This document shows, piece after piece, positions 52,301-59,799 of a stretch of 64,000 bases of DNA. Source of the stretch: Ranitomeya imitator (Eukaryota); NCBI RefSeq assembly GCF_032444005.1, contig NC_091284.1, forward strand, positions 197,904,001 through 197,968,000, read 5' to 3'. Made by a program: the position numbers and the translations under genes. The notes beneath the pieces were generated by a model, which was not told the origin of the DNA, ran no database searches, and worked only from the letters and a program-made list of their open reading frames with translations. The stretch's first letter is position 1. Every line of letters starts with the position of its first letter.

Positions 52301-55300
52301 TTTAACATTTTATTTGCATATTATGGTGGAAAATAAGTATTTGGTCAGAAACAAACAATCAAGATTTCTGGCTCTCACAGACCCGTAACTTCTTCTTTAA
52401 GAGTCTCCTCTTTCCTCCACTCATTACCTGTAGTAATGGCACCTGTTTAAACTTGTTATCAGTATAAAAAGACACCTGTGCACACCCTCAAACAGTCTGA
52501 CTCCAAACTCCACTATGGTGAAGACCAAAGAGCTGTCAAAGGACACCAGAAACAAAATTGTAGCCCTGCACCAGGCTGGGAAGACTGAATCTGCAATAGC
52601 CAACCAGCTTGGAGTGAAGAAATCAACAGTGGGAGCAATAATTAGAAAATGGAAGACATACAAGACCACTGATAATCTCCCTCGATCTGGGGCTCCACGC
52701 AAAATCCCACCCCGTGGGGTCAGAATGATCACAAGAACGGTGAGCAAAAATCCCAGAACCACACGGGAGGACCTAGTGAATGAACTGCAGAGAGCTGGGA
52801 CCAATGTAACAAGGCCTACCATAAGTAACACACTACGCCACCATGGACTCAGATCCTGCAGTGCCAGACGTGTCCCACTGCTTAAGCCAGTACATATCCG
52901 GGCCCGTCTGAAGTTTGCTAGAGAGCATTTGGATGATCCAGAGGAGTTTTGGGAGAATGTCCTATGGTCTGATGAAACCAAACTGGAACTGTTTGGTAGA
53001 AACACAACTTGTCGTGTTTGGAGGAAAAAGAATACGGAGTTGCATCCATCAAACACCATACCTACTGTAAAGCATGGTGGTGGAAACATCATGCTTTGGG
53101 GCTGTTTCTCTGCAAAGGGGCCAGGACGACTGATCCGGGTACATGAAAGAATGAATGGGGCCATGTATCGTGAGATTTTGAATGCAAACCTCCTTCCATC
53201 AGCAAGGGCATTGAAGATGAAACGTGGCTGGGTCTTTCAACATGACAATGATCCAAAGCACACCGCCAGGGCAACGAAGGAGTGGCTTCGTAAGAAGCAT
53301 TTTAAGGTCCTGGAGTGGCCTAGCCAGTCTCCAGATCTCAACCCTATAGAAAACCTTTGGAGGGAGTTGAAAGTCCGTGTTGCCAAGCGAAAAGCCAAAA
53401 ACATCACTGCTCTAGAGGAGATCTGCATGGAGGAATGGGCCAACATACCAACAAGTGTGTGGCAACCTTGTGAAGACTTACAGAAAACGTTTGACCTCTG
53501 TCATTGCCAACAAAGGATATATTACAAAGTATTGAGATGAAATTTTGTTTCTGACCAAATACTTATTTTCCACCATAATATGCAAATAAAATGTTAAAAA
53601 AACAGACAATGTGATTTTCTGGATTTTTTTTTCTCAGTTTGTCTCCCATAGTTGAGGTCTACCTATGATGTAAATTACAGACGCCTCTCATCTTTTTAAG
53701 TGGTGGAACTTGCACTATTGCTGACTGATTAAATACGTTTTTGCCCCACTGTATAAAATTGTAATTTAGCCTCCACTAGGTGGGTGACCTGCTTTATTAA
53801 ATCATGTAGTAGATCTAGACCAGTGGTAATTCAGAAAGTTCCCCCCTGGGATTTGAATCTGATTTTAGAAGCTCTAACTAGGAGTCCATTTGAACCTTTA
53901 CAAGAATTGTCAGCAAAGCTTCTCACTCTTAAAACAGTGTTACTGGTAGCTTTAACATCAGCCCGTAGGGTGAGCGACTTGCAAGCCCTGTCTATATGCC
54001 CTCATACACTCAGATGTTTGAGGACAGGGTAGTTCTAAGACCAGATCTGGCCTATCTACCTAAAGTAGTTCTTAATTTCCATAGGAGTCAGGAAATTGTA
54101 TTATCCTCATTTTGTGATAATCCTAGGAATCAAGGGGAAGAAAAGTTTCATACATTAGATGTAAGAAGGTCCATGTTACAGTACATATCCATGACCAGTC
54201 AGTGGAGGAAGGATCAGTCCCTATTTGTAGCTTTCCAGGGTAGCAGGAAGGAATATGGGGTATCCAAAAGTACCATTGCCAGATGGATTATAGAGGCCAT
54301 TAGCTTGTCCTATGCTGCATGTGGCGCTCTGATCCCTGAAGTCATCAAGGCTCACTCCACCAGAGCTGTGGCTACTTCCTGGGCAGAAAAAGTGGAGGTA
54401 TCGATTGATCAGATATGTAAGGCCGCTACCTGGTCCTCACAGTCAACCTTCTTTAAACATTACCGACTGAATCTGTCCTCCTCGGCTGATCTTGCCTTTG
54501 GCAGAAAGGTGCTGCAAGCGGTGGTCCTTCCCTAAGGTGTTTTTCTCCAAAAATCTCTCAGGTGTGCTTTCATGGGGGAAGGGAAAACACCAAGTTACTT
54601 ACCGGTAGCTTATTTTTCCAGAGCCCATGACAGCACCTATATTTCCCTTTTTTCACCCTTTGGTGTGCACTTTAGCTGGGTGTTTTTTTTGTTTTATTAA
54701 TATGATGTGGTGATAGTTTGCAATGTGAACTACCCAGGGGGACGTCTCATGCTCTGAAAACCAACTGAAGCGAGGGAGAGGTGCCGCCCTTTTATTTTCA
54801 GTAGGTTTCCTGTCCTGGCTGGGCGGATCCCTCTCTCAGGTGTGCTGTCATGGGCTCCGGAAAAACCGGCTACTGGTAAGTATCCTTGGTGTTTTTCCAC
54901 TAGGGTTAGGGTTGGAATTAGGGTTAGGGTTGGAATTGGGGTTAGGGTTGGAATTGGGGTTGGGGTTGGAATTGGGGTTGGAATTGGGGTTAGGGTTGGA
55001 ATTGGGGTTATGGTTGGAATTGGGGTTGGAATTGGGGTTAGGGTTGGAATTGGGGTTAGGGTTGGAATTGGGGTTAGGGGTGTGTTGGGGTTAGTGTTAG
55101 GCTCGTGGTTAGGGTTTTGATTAGGGTTAGGGGTGTGTTGTGGTTAGGGGTGCATTGGGGTTAGGCTTGTGATTATGGTTAGGGTTGGGATTAGGGTTAA
55201 GTGTGTGTTGGGGTTAGTGTTGGAGTTAGAATTGAGGAGTTTCCACTGTTTCGGTACATCAGGGGCTCTCCAAACGTGACATGGCGCCACCATTGATTCC

Positions 55301-57445
55301 AGCCAATCCTGCGTTCAAAAAGTCAAACACTGCTCCCTCCCATCCGAGCCCCGACGTGCGCCCAAACAGTGCTTTACCCCAACATATGGGGCATCAGCGT
55401 ACTCAGGAAAAATTGCAAAACAACTTTGGGGGTCTATTTTCTCCTGTTACCCTTGGGAAAAAAAACAATTGGGGCCTAAAAAATTATTTTTGTGGAAAAA
55501 AATTATTTTTTATATTCACAGCTCTGCGTTATAAAAATTCTATGAAGCACTTGGGGGTTCAAAGTACTCACCACACGTATAGATAAGTTCCTTTAGGGGT
55601 CTAGTTTCTAAAATGGGGTCACTTGTGGGGGGGTTTCTAATGTTTAGGCACATCAGGGGCTCTGCAAACGTAACATGACGGCCGCAGACCATTCCATCAA
55701 AGTCTGCATTTCAAAACGTCACTACTTCCCTTCCGAGCCCCGATGTGTGCTCAAACAGTGGTTCCCCTTCACATATAAGGTATCAGCGTACTCAGGACAA
55801 ACTGGACAACAACTTTTGGGGTCTAATTTCTCCTGTTACCCTTGTGAAAATATAAAATTGTGGGCTAAAAAATCATTTTTTGAAGGGAAAAAAAGATTTT
55901 TTTATTTTCACGGCTCTGCGTTATAAACTTCTGTGAAGCACTTGGGGGTTCAAAGTGCTCACCACACATCTAGATAAGTTCCCTGGCAGGCCTAGTTTCC
56001 AAAATGGGGTCACTTTTGGGCGAGCTCTAATGTTTAGGCACACAGGGGCTCTCCATACGCGACATGTTGTCCGCTAATGATTGGAGCTAATTTTCCATTC
56101 AAAAAGTCAAATGGCGCTCCTTCCCTTCCGAGCCCTGCCGTGTGCCCAAACAGTGGTTTATGACCACATATGAGGTATCTGTGTACTCAGAAGAAATTGC
56201 TCAACAAATTTTAGGATCCATTTTATCCTGTTGCCCATGTGATAATGAAAAAAATGAGGCTAAAAGAAAATTTGGGTGAAAAAAAAAAGTACTTTTTCAT
56301 TGTTATGGATCAATTTGTGAAGCATCTGGGGTTCAAAGTGCTCACTATGCATCTAGATAAGTTGCTTCGGCAGTCTAGTTTCCAAAATGGGGTCACTTGT
56401 GGGGGAGCTCCAAAGTTTAGGCATACAGGGGCTTTCCAAACGTGACATGATGTCCACTAACTCGATTGGAGCTAATTTTCCATTCAAAAAGTCAAATGGT
56501 GCTCCTTCTCTTCCAAGCCTTGCCGTGCGCCCAAACAGTGGTTTCCCCCCACATATGGGGTTTCAGCGTACTCGGGACAAATTGGACAAAAACTTTTGGG
56601 GTCCACTTTCTCTTTTTACCCTTGGGAAAATAAAAAAAAATTGTTGCTAAAATATCATTTTTGTGATTAAAAAGTTAAATGTTCATTTTTTCCTTCCATG
56701 TTGCTTCCGCTGCTGTGAACACCTGAAAGGTTAATAAACTTTTTGAATGTGATTTTGATCAGCTTGAGGGGTGCACTTTTTAGATATTTATTTGGGTATT
56801 TTCTGTCATATTGACCCCCAAAGTCACTTCAAATGTAATTTAATCCCTAAAAAAAAATGGTTTTGTAAAAATGAGAAATCGCTGGTCAACATTTAAACCT
56901 TATAACTTCCTAAAAAAAAATGGTTTTGTAAAAATGAGAAATCGCTGGTCAACATTTAAACCTTATAACTTCCTAAAAAAAAATTGTTTCCAAAATTGTG
57001 CTGATGTTAAGTAGACATGTTTTGTGTCACATAACTCTCTGGTTTAACAGAATAAAAATTCAAAATTTGAAAATTGGAAATTTTAGCATTTTTTTCACAA
57101 ATAAATGCAAAAATTATCAACCTAAATTTACCTCGAACATGAAGCCCAATATGTCACGAAAAAACATTCTTAGAATCGCTAGGATCCGTTGAAGCTTTCC
57201 TAAATTATTACCTCATAAAGGTACACTGGTCAGAATTGCAAAAAATGGCCAGGTCATTAAGTTCAAAATAGGTGGGGTCATGAAGGGGTTAAGATCTGCT
57301 CTAATAAACCTCAGCCTGTTATCAATCCGCACAACATGATATTGACATAACTAAGTATTATATGTTCTGTTATTTCATAGGTGAGCGGAGTGGCGAGAGT
57401 GCAGTGCAGCAGCAGGGGGAGCCAGCATGGAGACATGAGCATTAA
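13203..57445 (+). CDS. mov10: MOV10 RNA helicase (SF1, UPF1-like), 3' part: join(13203..13350,15486..15647,18837..18940,31242..31339,31522..31623,31720..31822,37699..37816,38764..38955,40879..40944,42267..42392,44406..44494,46725..46849,57381..57445)
   Basis: 13 AG/GT-bounded exons totalling 1498 nt keep one frame. Motifs: GPPGTGKT (I), [10 protein letters not shown] (Ia), VFIDESGH (II), [12 protein letters not shown] (III), [27 protein letters not shown] (V), [10 protein letters not shown] (VI). [15 protein letters not shown] and the terminal EPAWRHEH* match vertebrate MOV10 as recalled (human ...[15 protein letters not shown]...EPEWRNEL). N-terminal exons are not seen. Confidence 0.95.
13925..14145. 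repeat. hairpin, ~90-bp inverted arms with a ~40-nt loop
   Basis: 13925-14016 is the reverse complement of 14058-14145. Confidence 0.85.
15030..15260 (+). mobile_element. old Tc1 transposase remnant
   Basis: degenerate ILDNYML...FGD.FPF...[12 protein letters not shown], resembling the DDE domain C-terminus. Confidence 0.55.
15486..15647 (+). CDS. mov10: MOV10 exon ([27 protein letters not shown]...VPEKIK)
   Basis: ttccAG acceptor, aag/GTatat donor, 54 codons. Confidence 0.95.
17131..18317 (+). mobile_element. 5'-truncated L2/CR1-group LINE (RT C-terminal region, 3'UTR, (ATT)n tail)
   Basis: [38 protein letters not shown]; a premature stop at 17809; ends with ttgtaaagcgctgcgg...aataaa(att)n. 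Confidence 0.9.
18837..18940 (+). CDS. mov10: MOV10 exon ([35 protein letters not shown])
   Basis: cccgcAG acceptor, GTatgg donor. Confidence 0.95.
19071..20816 (-). mobile_element. degenerate Tc1/mariner element (second family)
   Basis: TIR CACTGCTCAAAAAAATAAAGGGAA, TA TSD; frameshifted ORF pieces with [25 protein letters not shown]. Confidence 0.9.
20597..20783. mobile_element. small piggyBac-like TTAA MITE nested in the Tc1 terminal region
   Basis: TTAA at 20593-96 and 20784-87; imperfect TIR ccttcgtccggctg / actttgtcaggctg. Confidence 0.65.
21098..21139 (-). ncRNA. minimal type I hammerhead ribozyme motif (antisense twin)
   Basis: reverse complement reads UUUGC-CUGAUGA-A-GAGAC GUAUGUA GUCUC-GAAA-GCUU-GCAA, with a perfect stem II. 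Confidence 0.7.
21238..21279 (+). ncRNA. minimal type I hammerhead ribozyme motif (Penelope-type)
   Basis: UUGC-CUGAUGA-A-GAGAC(loop)GUCUU-GAAA-GC-UU-GCAA; stem I UUGC/GCAA; palindromic mini stem III AAGCUU. Confidence 0.7.
22186..22348. mobile_element. hAT MITE (163 bp)
   Basis: long palindromic TIRs CAGGGG(G)TCCCCAACTCCAGTCCTCAAGG, 8-bp TSD CTATATAC; sister copy at 49185. Confidence 0.9.
22505..23205. repeat. ~33-bp C-rich minisatellite (ccccactgtcacctctattttcctgtgkcccctc)n, about 20 copies
   Basis: direct inspection. Confidence 0.95.
25228..26600 (-). mobile_element. LTR (25228..26416) plus a short adjacent internal remnant, probably Ty3/Gypsy-like
   Basis: TGGAGCGCCCC...GGGCCGCTGCA short inverted ends; a G-rich PPT-like tract on the - strand abuts 26417; no TSD found. 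Confidence 0.5.
26694..26833 (+). mobile_element. hAT element terminus truncated by a gap
   Basis: TAGGGTTGAGCGA terminus with gtcgagtcg subterminal repeats, similar to the 12562 end. Confidence 0.6.
26834..26967. other. assembly gap
   Basis: run of N. Confidence 1.
26968..27309 (-). mobile_element. Tc1 copy 3 (5' end only, remainder in the gap)
   Basis: near-identical to 52147-52490 reversed; ends in gccccactg|TA. Confidence 0.9.
27527..27946. mobile_element. PIF/Harbinger-type MITE
   Basis: TIR GGCTACTTTCACACTAGC at both ends; TAA/TTA flanks. Confidence 0.8.
27950..28697. mobile_element. PIF/Harbinger-type MITE with nested internal palindromes
   Basis: imperfect TIR AGGTACCGTCACAC / AGCCCCCGTCTCAC, TTA TSD (27947-49 and 28698-700). 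Confidence 0.75.
29055..30009. mobile_element. non-autonomous Tc1/pogo-type element
   Basis: TIR GTATATACTCGAGTATAAGCCGA, TA-rich flanks; internal ~34-40-bp repeats at 29620-29900. Confidence 0.7.
30119..30608. mobile_element. PIF/Harbinger-type MITE containing a (CTCACACTCT)n array at 30344-30451
   Basis: TIR GGCTGCTTTCACACATCAGG at both ends. Confidence 0.8.
31242..31339 (+). CDS. mov10: MOV10 exon, Walker B ([32 protein letters not shown])
   Basis: ttttccAG acceptor, GTatcg donor. Confidence 0.95.
31522..31623 (+). CDS. mov10: MOV10 exon ([34 protein letters not shown])
   Basis: attttAG acceptor, GTgagc donor. Confidence 0.95.
31720..31822 (+). CDS. mov10: MOV10 exon ([15 protein letters not shown]...VTKLLQNYR)
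   Basis: ttttgcAG acceptor, GTctgt donor. Confidence 0.95.
33524..36571. mobile_element. non-autonomous hAT element (3 kb) with internal repeat arrays, (TA)n at 34264-34345 and a nested solo LTR
   Basis: TIR CAGGGGTGGG(G)AA(A)CCT, 8-bp TSD GTCTAGGC (33516-23 and 36572-79). Confidence 0.9.
34566..35371 (-). mobile_element. solo LTR, same family as 1513..2333, opposite orientation
   Basis: (T>C)GTTATGA...CACAACA ends, 6-bp TSD GGAGGC (34560-65 and 35372-77). Confidence 0.85.
36760..37570 (+). mobile_element. old Tc1 remnant
   Basis: degenerate [27 protein letters not shown]-terminus; later fragments resemble ILWTD and GGS.MFW.CFAASG. Confidence 0.7.
37699..37816 (+). CDS. mov10: MOV10 exon ([18 protein letters not shown]...HWEKLPKK)
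   Basis: ttaactAG acceptor, aag/GTaagc donor. Confidence 0.95.
38764..38955 (+). CDS. mov10: MOV10 exon ([24 protein letters not shown]...IITPYRKQ)
   Basis: ttttacAG acceptor, cag/GTacag donor, 64 codons. Confidence 0.95.
40879..40944 (+). CDS. mov10: MOV10 exon ([22 protein letters not shown])
   Basis: tccttcAG acceptor, aag/GTagga donor. Confidence 0.9.
42267..42392 (+). CDS. mov10: MOV10 exon ([22 protein letters not shown]...LGFLKNPK)
   Basis: ttttaacAG acceptor, aag/GTaagt donor. Confidence 0.95.
43863..44314 (+). mobile_element. short non-autonomous Helitron
   Basis: 5' TCTATATATATA; 3' hairpin CCCGATGCGTTAGAATCGGG followed by CTAG|T; internal gattggtcgaggcc..ggcctcgaccaatc palindromes repeated three times. 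Confidence 0.85.
44406..44494 (+). CDS. mov10: MOV10 exon, motif VI ([29 protein letters not shown])
   Basis: ctcatcAG acceptor, GTaagt donor. Confidence 0.95.
45776..45818 (-). ncRNA. degenerate Penelope-type hammerhead-like motif
   Basis: reverse complement CCGAAGA-A-GCAUUGC-GAAAC-GCGC-GUC-GGG; U4 replaced by C. Confidence 0.35.
46725..46849 (+). CDS. mov10: MOV10 exon ([14 protein letters not shown]...SVNDPPA)
   Basis: ttaatcAG acceptor, GTaagt donor; resembles human FLEFCKENGGYTG as recalled. Confidence 0.9.
49185..49346. mobile_element. hAT MITE inserted in the DIRS gag-like ORF
   Basis: 8-bp TSD GTCTAAAA; near-exact reverse complement of 22186..22348. Confidence 0.92.
52147..53751 (+). 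mobile_element. Tc1 copy 2, full length (1605 bp), inserted in DIRS
   Basis: TA TSD, TIR CAGTGGGGCAAAAAAGTATTT...; ORF 52515..53540 has a 2-bp deletion near 53455 that shifts the last ~25 aa. Confidence 0.97.
52515..53540 (+). pseudogene. Tc1 transposase with a C-terminal frameshift
   Basis: DD34E intact, but ends [12 protein letters not shown]... instead of [12 protein letters not shown]... Confidence 0.9.
54900..55232. repeat. telomere-like G-rich array (gggttagggttggaattg)n
   Basis: 18-bp unit built from TTAGGG variants, inside the piggyBac-like element. Confidence 0.9.
57381..57445 (+). CDS. mov10: MOV10 terminal coding exon ([20 protein letters not shown])
   Basis: tatttcatAG acceptor; phase matches the previous exon; conserved EPxWRxE C-terminus followed by TAA. 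Confidence 0.88.
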
Positions 57446-58746
57446 CTTGTGCTCGCTGATGAAGATACCAGATTTATACTTCTGCATTAGCGTCTATATG
57501 CTTTTCCCTCATTCAAGTGCATTTCCATGTATTATGTCCTCTTGACAGATTGTTAAATATTCTTTTCTGGTGTCGCTGTGTAATATCTTTGTTCTCCATG
57601 TTTTAATTCTTATAGTTAATATCAACCAGCTTTTAGGAGTCCTGTTATGTAATTTTTTTTGCTTACTTTCTTACTTTCCCTATATAGCAGTAGATTTGCT
57701 GTTCTCTATGGTATGAAATCTGGACTGTAACCTATAGGGTTCTAATTGGCGCCATACTGGCCATCACCACTTTTTCCCCAGAGTAAGATATAACGAAAGC
57801 TCTGTTTGCACTTTTTTGGATTTCATCATGGTTTCCAAGATCCATTCAGTAATTAATTGCAAGAACACTTTAGTTTCCAGTGCTATTCATGAAGTTTGAT
57901 AAACCTCATTAATGCCAATGGGGTCTCTACACCTGACAGTAGCCATAGCAAAACATCATTTCAACATCATGGGCTTGTTGAATGGAAGCTATGATTTTAG
58001 CATGTGAGAAAATTATTTGACCAACAAATCGAGCAACAAAATGGTAAAAATATCTTTAATGGGTGATTCAGAAGTGATTGTCAGCATAATTAGGCGACGT
58101 TAATATTCCATTTTTCATTCACGTCTTGTTCCTTCAGAGCTTGTCTGAAGTCATAGAAAACGTAAGTTGGACATTTGTGCCGACTGGGCCATTGATTGTA
58201 ATGTAGTCGGAGTGACTGTGTGCTCTGTCGGACATAATTTCTGTCCGTATCTACCTACTTGAGACTAGCTCCAAGATGTAGTCGGCCTCGTCTAAATCCC
58301 ATTTCCATTCATACAAAAGCCCCAACGAAGCCACTGACAGAGTAAAACTCGATGTGAACCCGGCCTTACTATGCACCTTAGAACAGAGAACACAACATAG
58401 CTTTTCCTAGAATCTTCACCTGCTCTTCATAGTTTTCAGTTTTAAAGTCAAATTATGTCTATACAAATTTTAAATTAAAATTAAATTTATTAATAACTAT
58501 TGCGAAACCAAATCTTGATCCTGACAAACACTCAGCACAAATGTTGTTGTTTGGTGATTTATACAGGTATTGCCTGTGAGGGTATACCGTGATAATTTAC
58601 TCTATCACTGCATTTACTATTGGTAACACTCAGCACACATTGGATATTTTTATTACAGTTTCTCAATATTCATTGATTAGACTAAAATTGTTAAATTATC
58701 ACTGAATTGTATAATTTGTTTATAAAGGGGAATTTCTGGAGTATTA

Positions 58747-59036
58747 GGGTATGTGCACACGTTTCTGTGAGGGCTGCGGTTTTTCCTGCGGATTCCGCTG
58801 CGGGTTTACACCTGCAGTTTTCTATTGGAGCAGGTATAAACCCGCAGCGGAATCCGCACAAAGAATTGACATGCTGCGGAATGTAAACCGCTGCGTTTCC
58901 GCGCGTTTTTTTCCGCAGCATGTGCACTGCGGATTTCGTTTCCCATAGGTTTACATTATACTATAAACGCATGGGAAACCGCTGCAGACCCGCAGCTGTG
59001 GATCCGCAGCAAAATCTGCAGCGTGTGCACATACCC
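58747..59036. mobile_element. PIF/Harbinger-type MITE, possibly within the MOV10 3'UTR
   Basis: TIR GGGTATGTGCACACG, TTA TSD on both sides. Confidence 0.88.
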
Positions 59037-59752
59037 TTAAGGGTTGTTGTTTTTTTTTGTTTGTTTTTTTTTCCTCTTCACAAATGTTTTGAAATCCTTA
59101 CTTTTGCCACCAATGACCTGATATAGAGATGCTAATCTGGGCAAATCAAGTTGTTTTTTTCTTTCTGATTCCATTGTTTACACATCCTAGAATTGTCAAT
59201 CACAAATGTCAATTGGATTAGTAATGTGGTGGAGGGATAAAGGGTGTAAATATGTGTGGTGTAAGTTTTTTTTTTTTTTTCTTTTTTTTAATACCTGATG
59301 TTCATAAAACACAAACAATCTTAATTATTAGGCCTCATTCAGACAAGTGATTTCTCTCATAAACAAAGAACTGCACAGCTTTCATCAGTGATTGGTCAGT
59401 ACGCTATAAAAACTGATGGAGGTTTCTACTATGAAAGTCAGTGAAAAACAGACCATACATACACAAAAAATGGACAGCACTCTGATGCCTTCTAAGGACC
59501 CATAGATTGGATTTAAGTTTGATCTGCAATTTGGATGAAAATCGGACATGTTACTGTTTTGATGTGGACCAATTGGTCTGCAAAAATACACGGACCTGTA
59601 CACCACACCATACACTATAAAAGGTACAAGTTCTATCGGCAAAAACCTCTGATAGGAGTACATGGAAAACTGGCATCTGAGTGAGCCCACTATTGTACCT
59701 GATGTCCTGTTTATACAAATTTAGAATTGTGATTTATTTTTTATATTGTAAT

Positions 59753-59758
59753 AATAAA
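59753..59758 (+). promoter_or_regulatory. candidate polyadenylation signal for MOV10 (AATAAA)
   Basis: AATAAA about 2.3 kb after the stop codon, followed by U/GU-rich sequence; other ATTAAA hexamers upstream could be used instead. Confidence 0.3.
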
Positions 59759-59799
59759 GGTATGTTTTAAGCTGTGACTTGATGAGTTATGACTTGTGG

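Larger units (their letters stand above)
48535..54882 (+). mobile_element. DIRS1-type tyrosine-recombinase retrotransposon, structurally complete but ORFs decayed
   Basis: left ITR ~48535-48643 inverted with right ITR ~54757-54882; ICR ~54555-54637 complementary to both termini. Gag-like ~48700-49840; RT ([30 protein letters not shown]) ~50130-50700; methyltransferase-like ([17 protein letters not shown]) ~51500-51900; YR ([29 protein letters not shown]) 53784-54535. Confidence 0.92.
47822..57288. mobile_element. piggyBac-like non-autonomous element (TTAA), host of the DIRS insertion
   Basis: TTAA at 47818-21 and 57289-92; right TIR ggtcatgaagggg, left degenerate gcccttccctacc; ~390-bp internal tandem units at 55254, 55647, 56037 and 56420. 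Confidence 0.7.

Noticed and set aside
54900-55232. True telomere or chromosome-fusion scar
   Set aside because: Units are degenerate 18-mers lying between the TTAA-bounded ends of a transposon.
13203-57445. Alternative identity as MOV10L1 or UPF1
   Set aside because: The [14 protein letters not shown] block, the short post-helicase tail and the EPxWRxE terminus fit MOV10.
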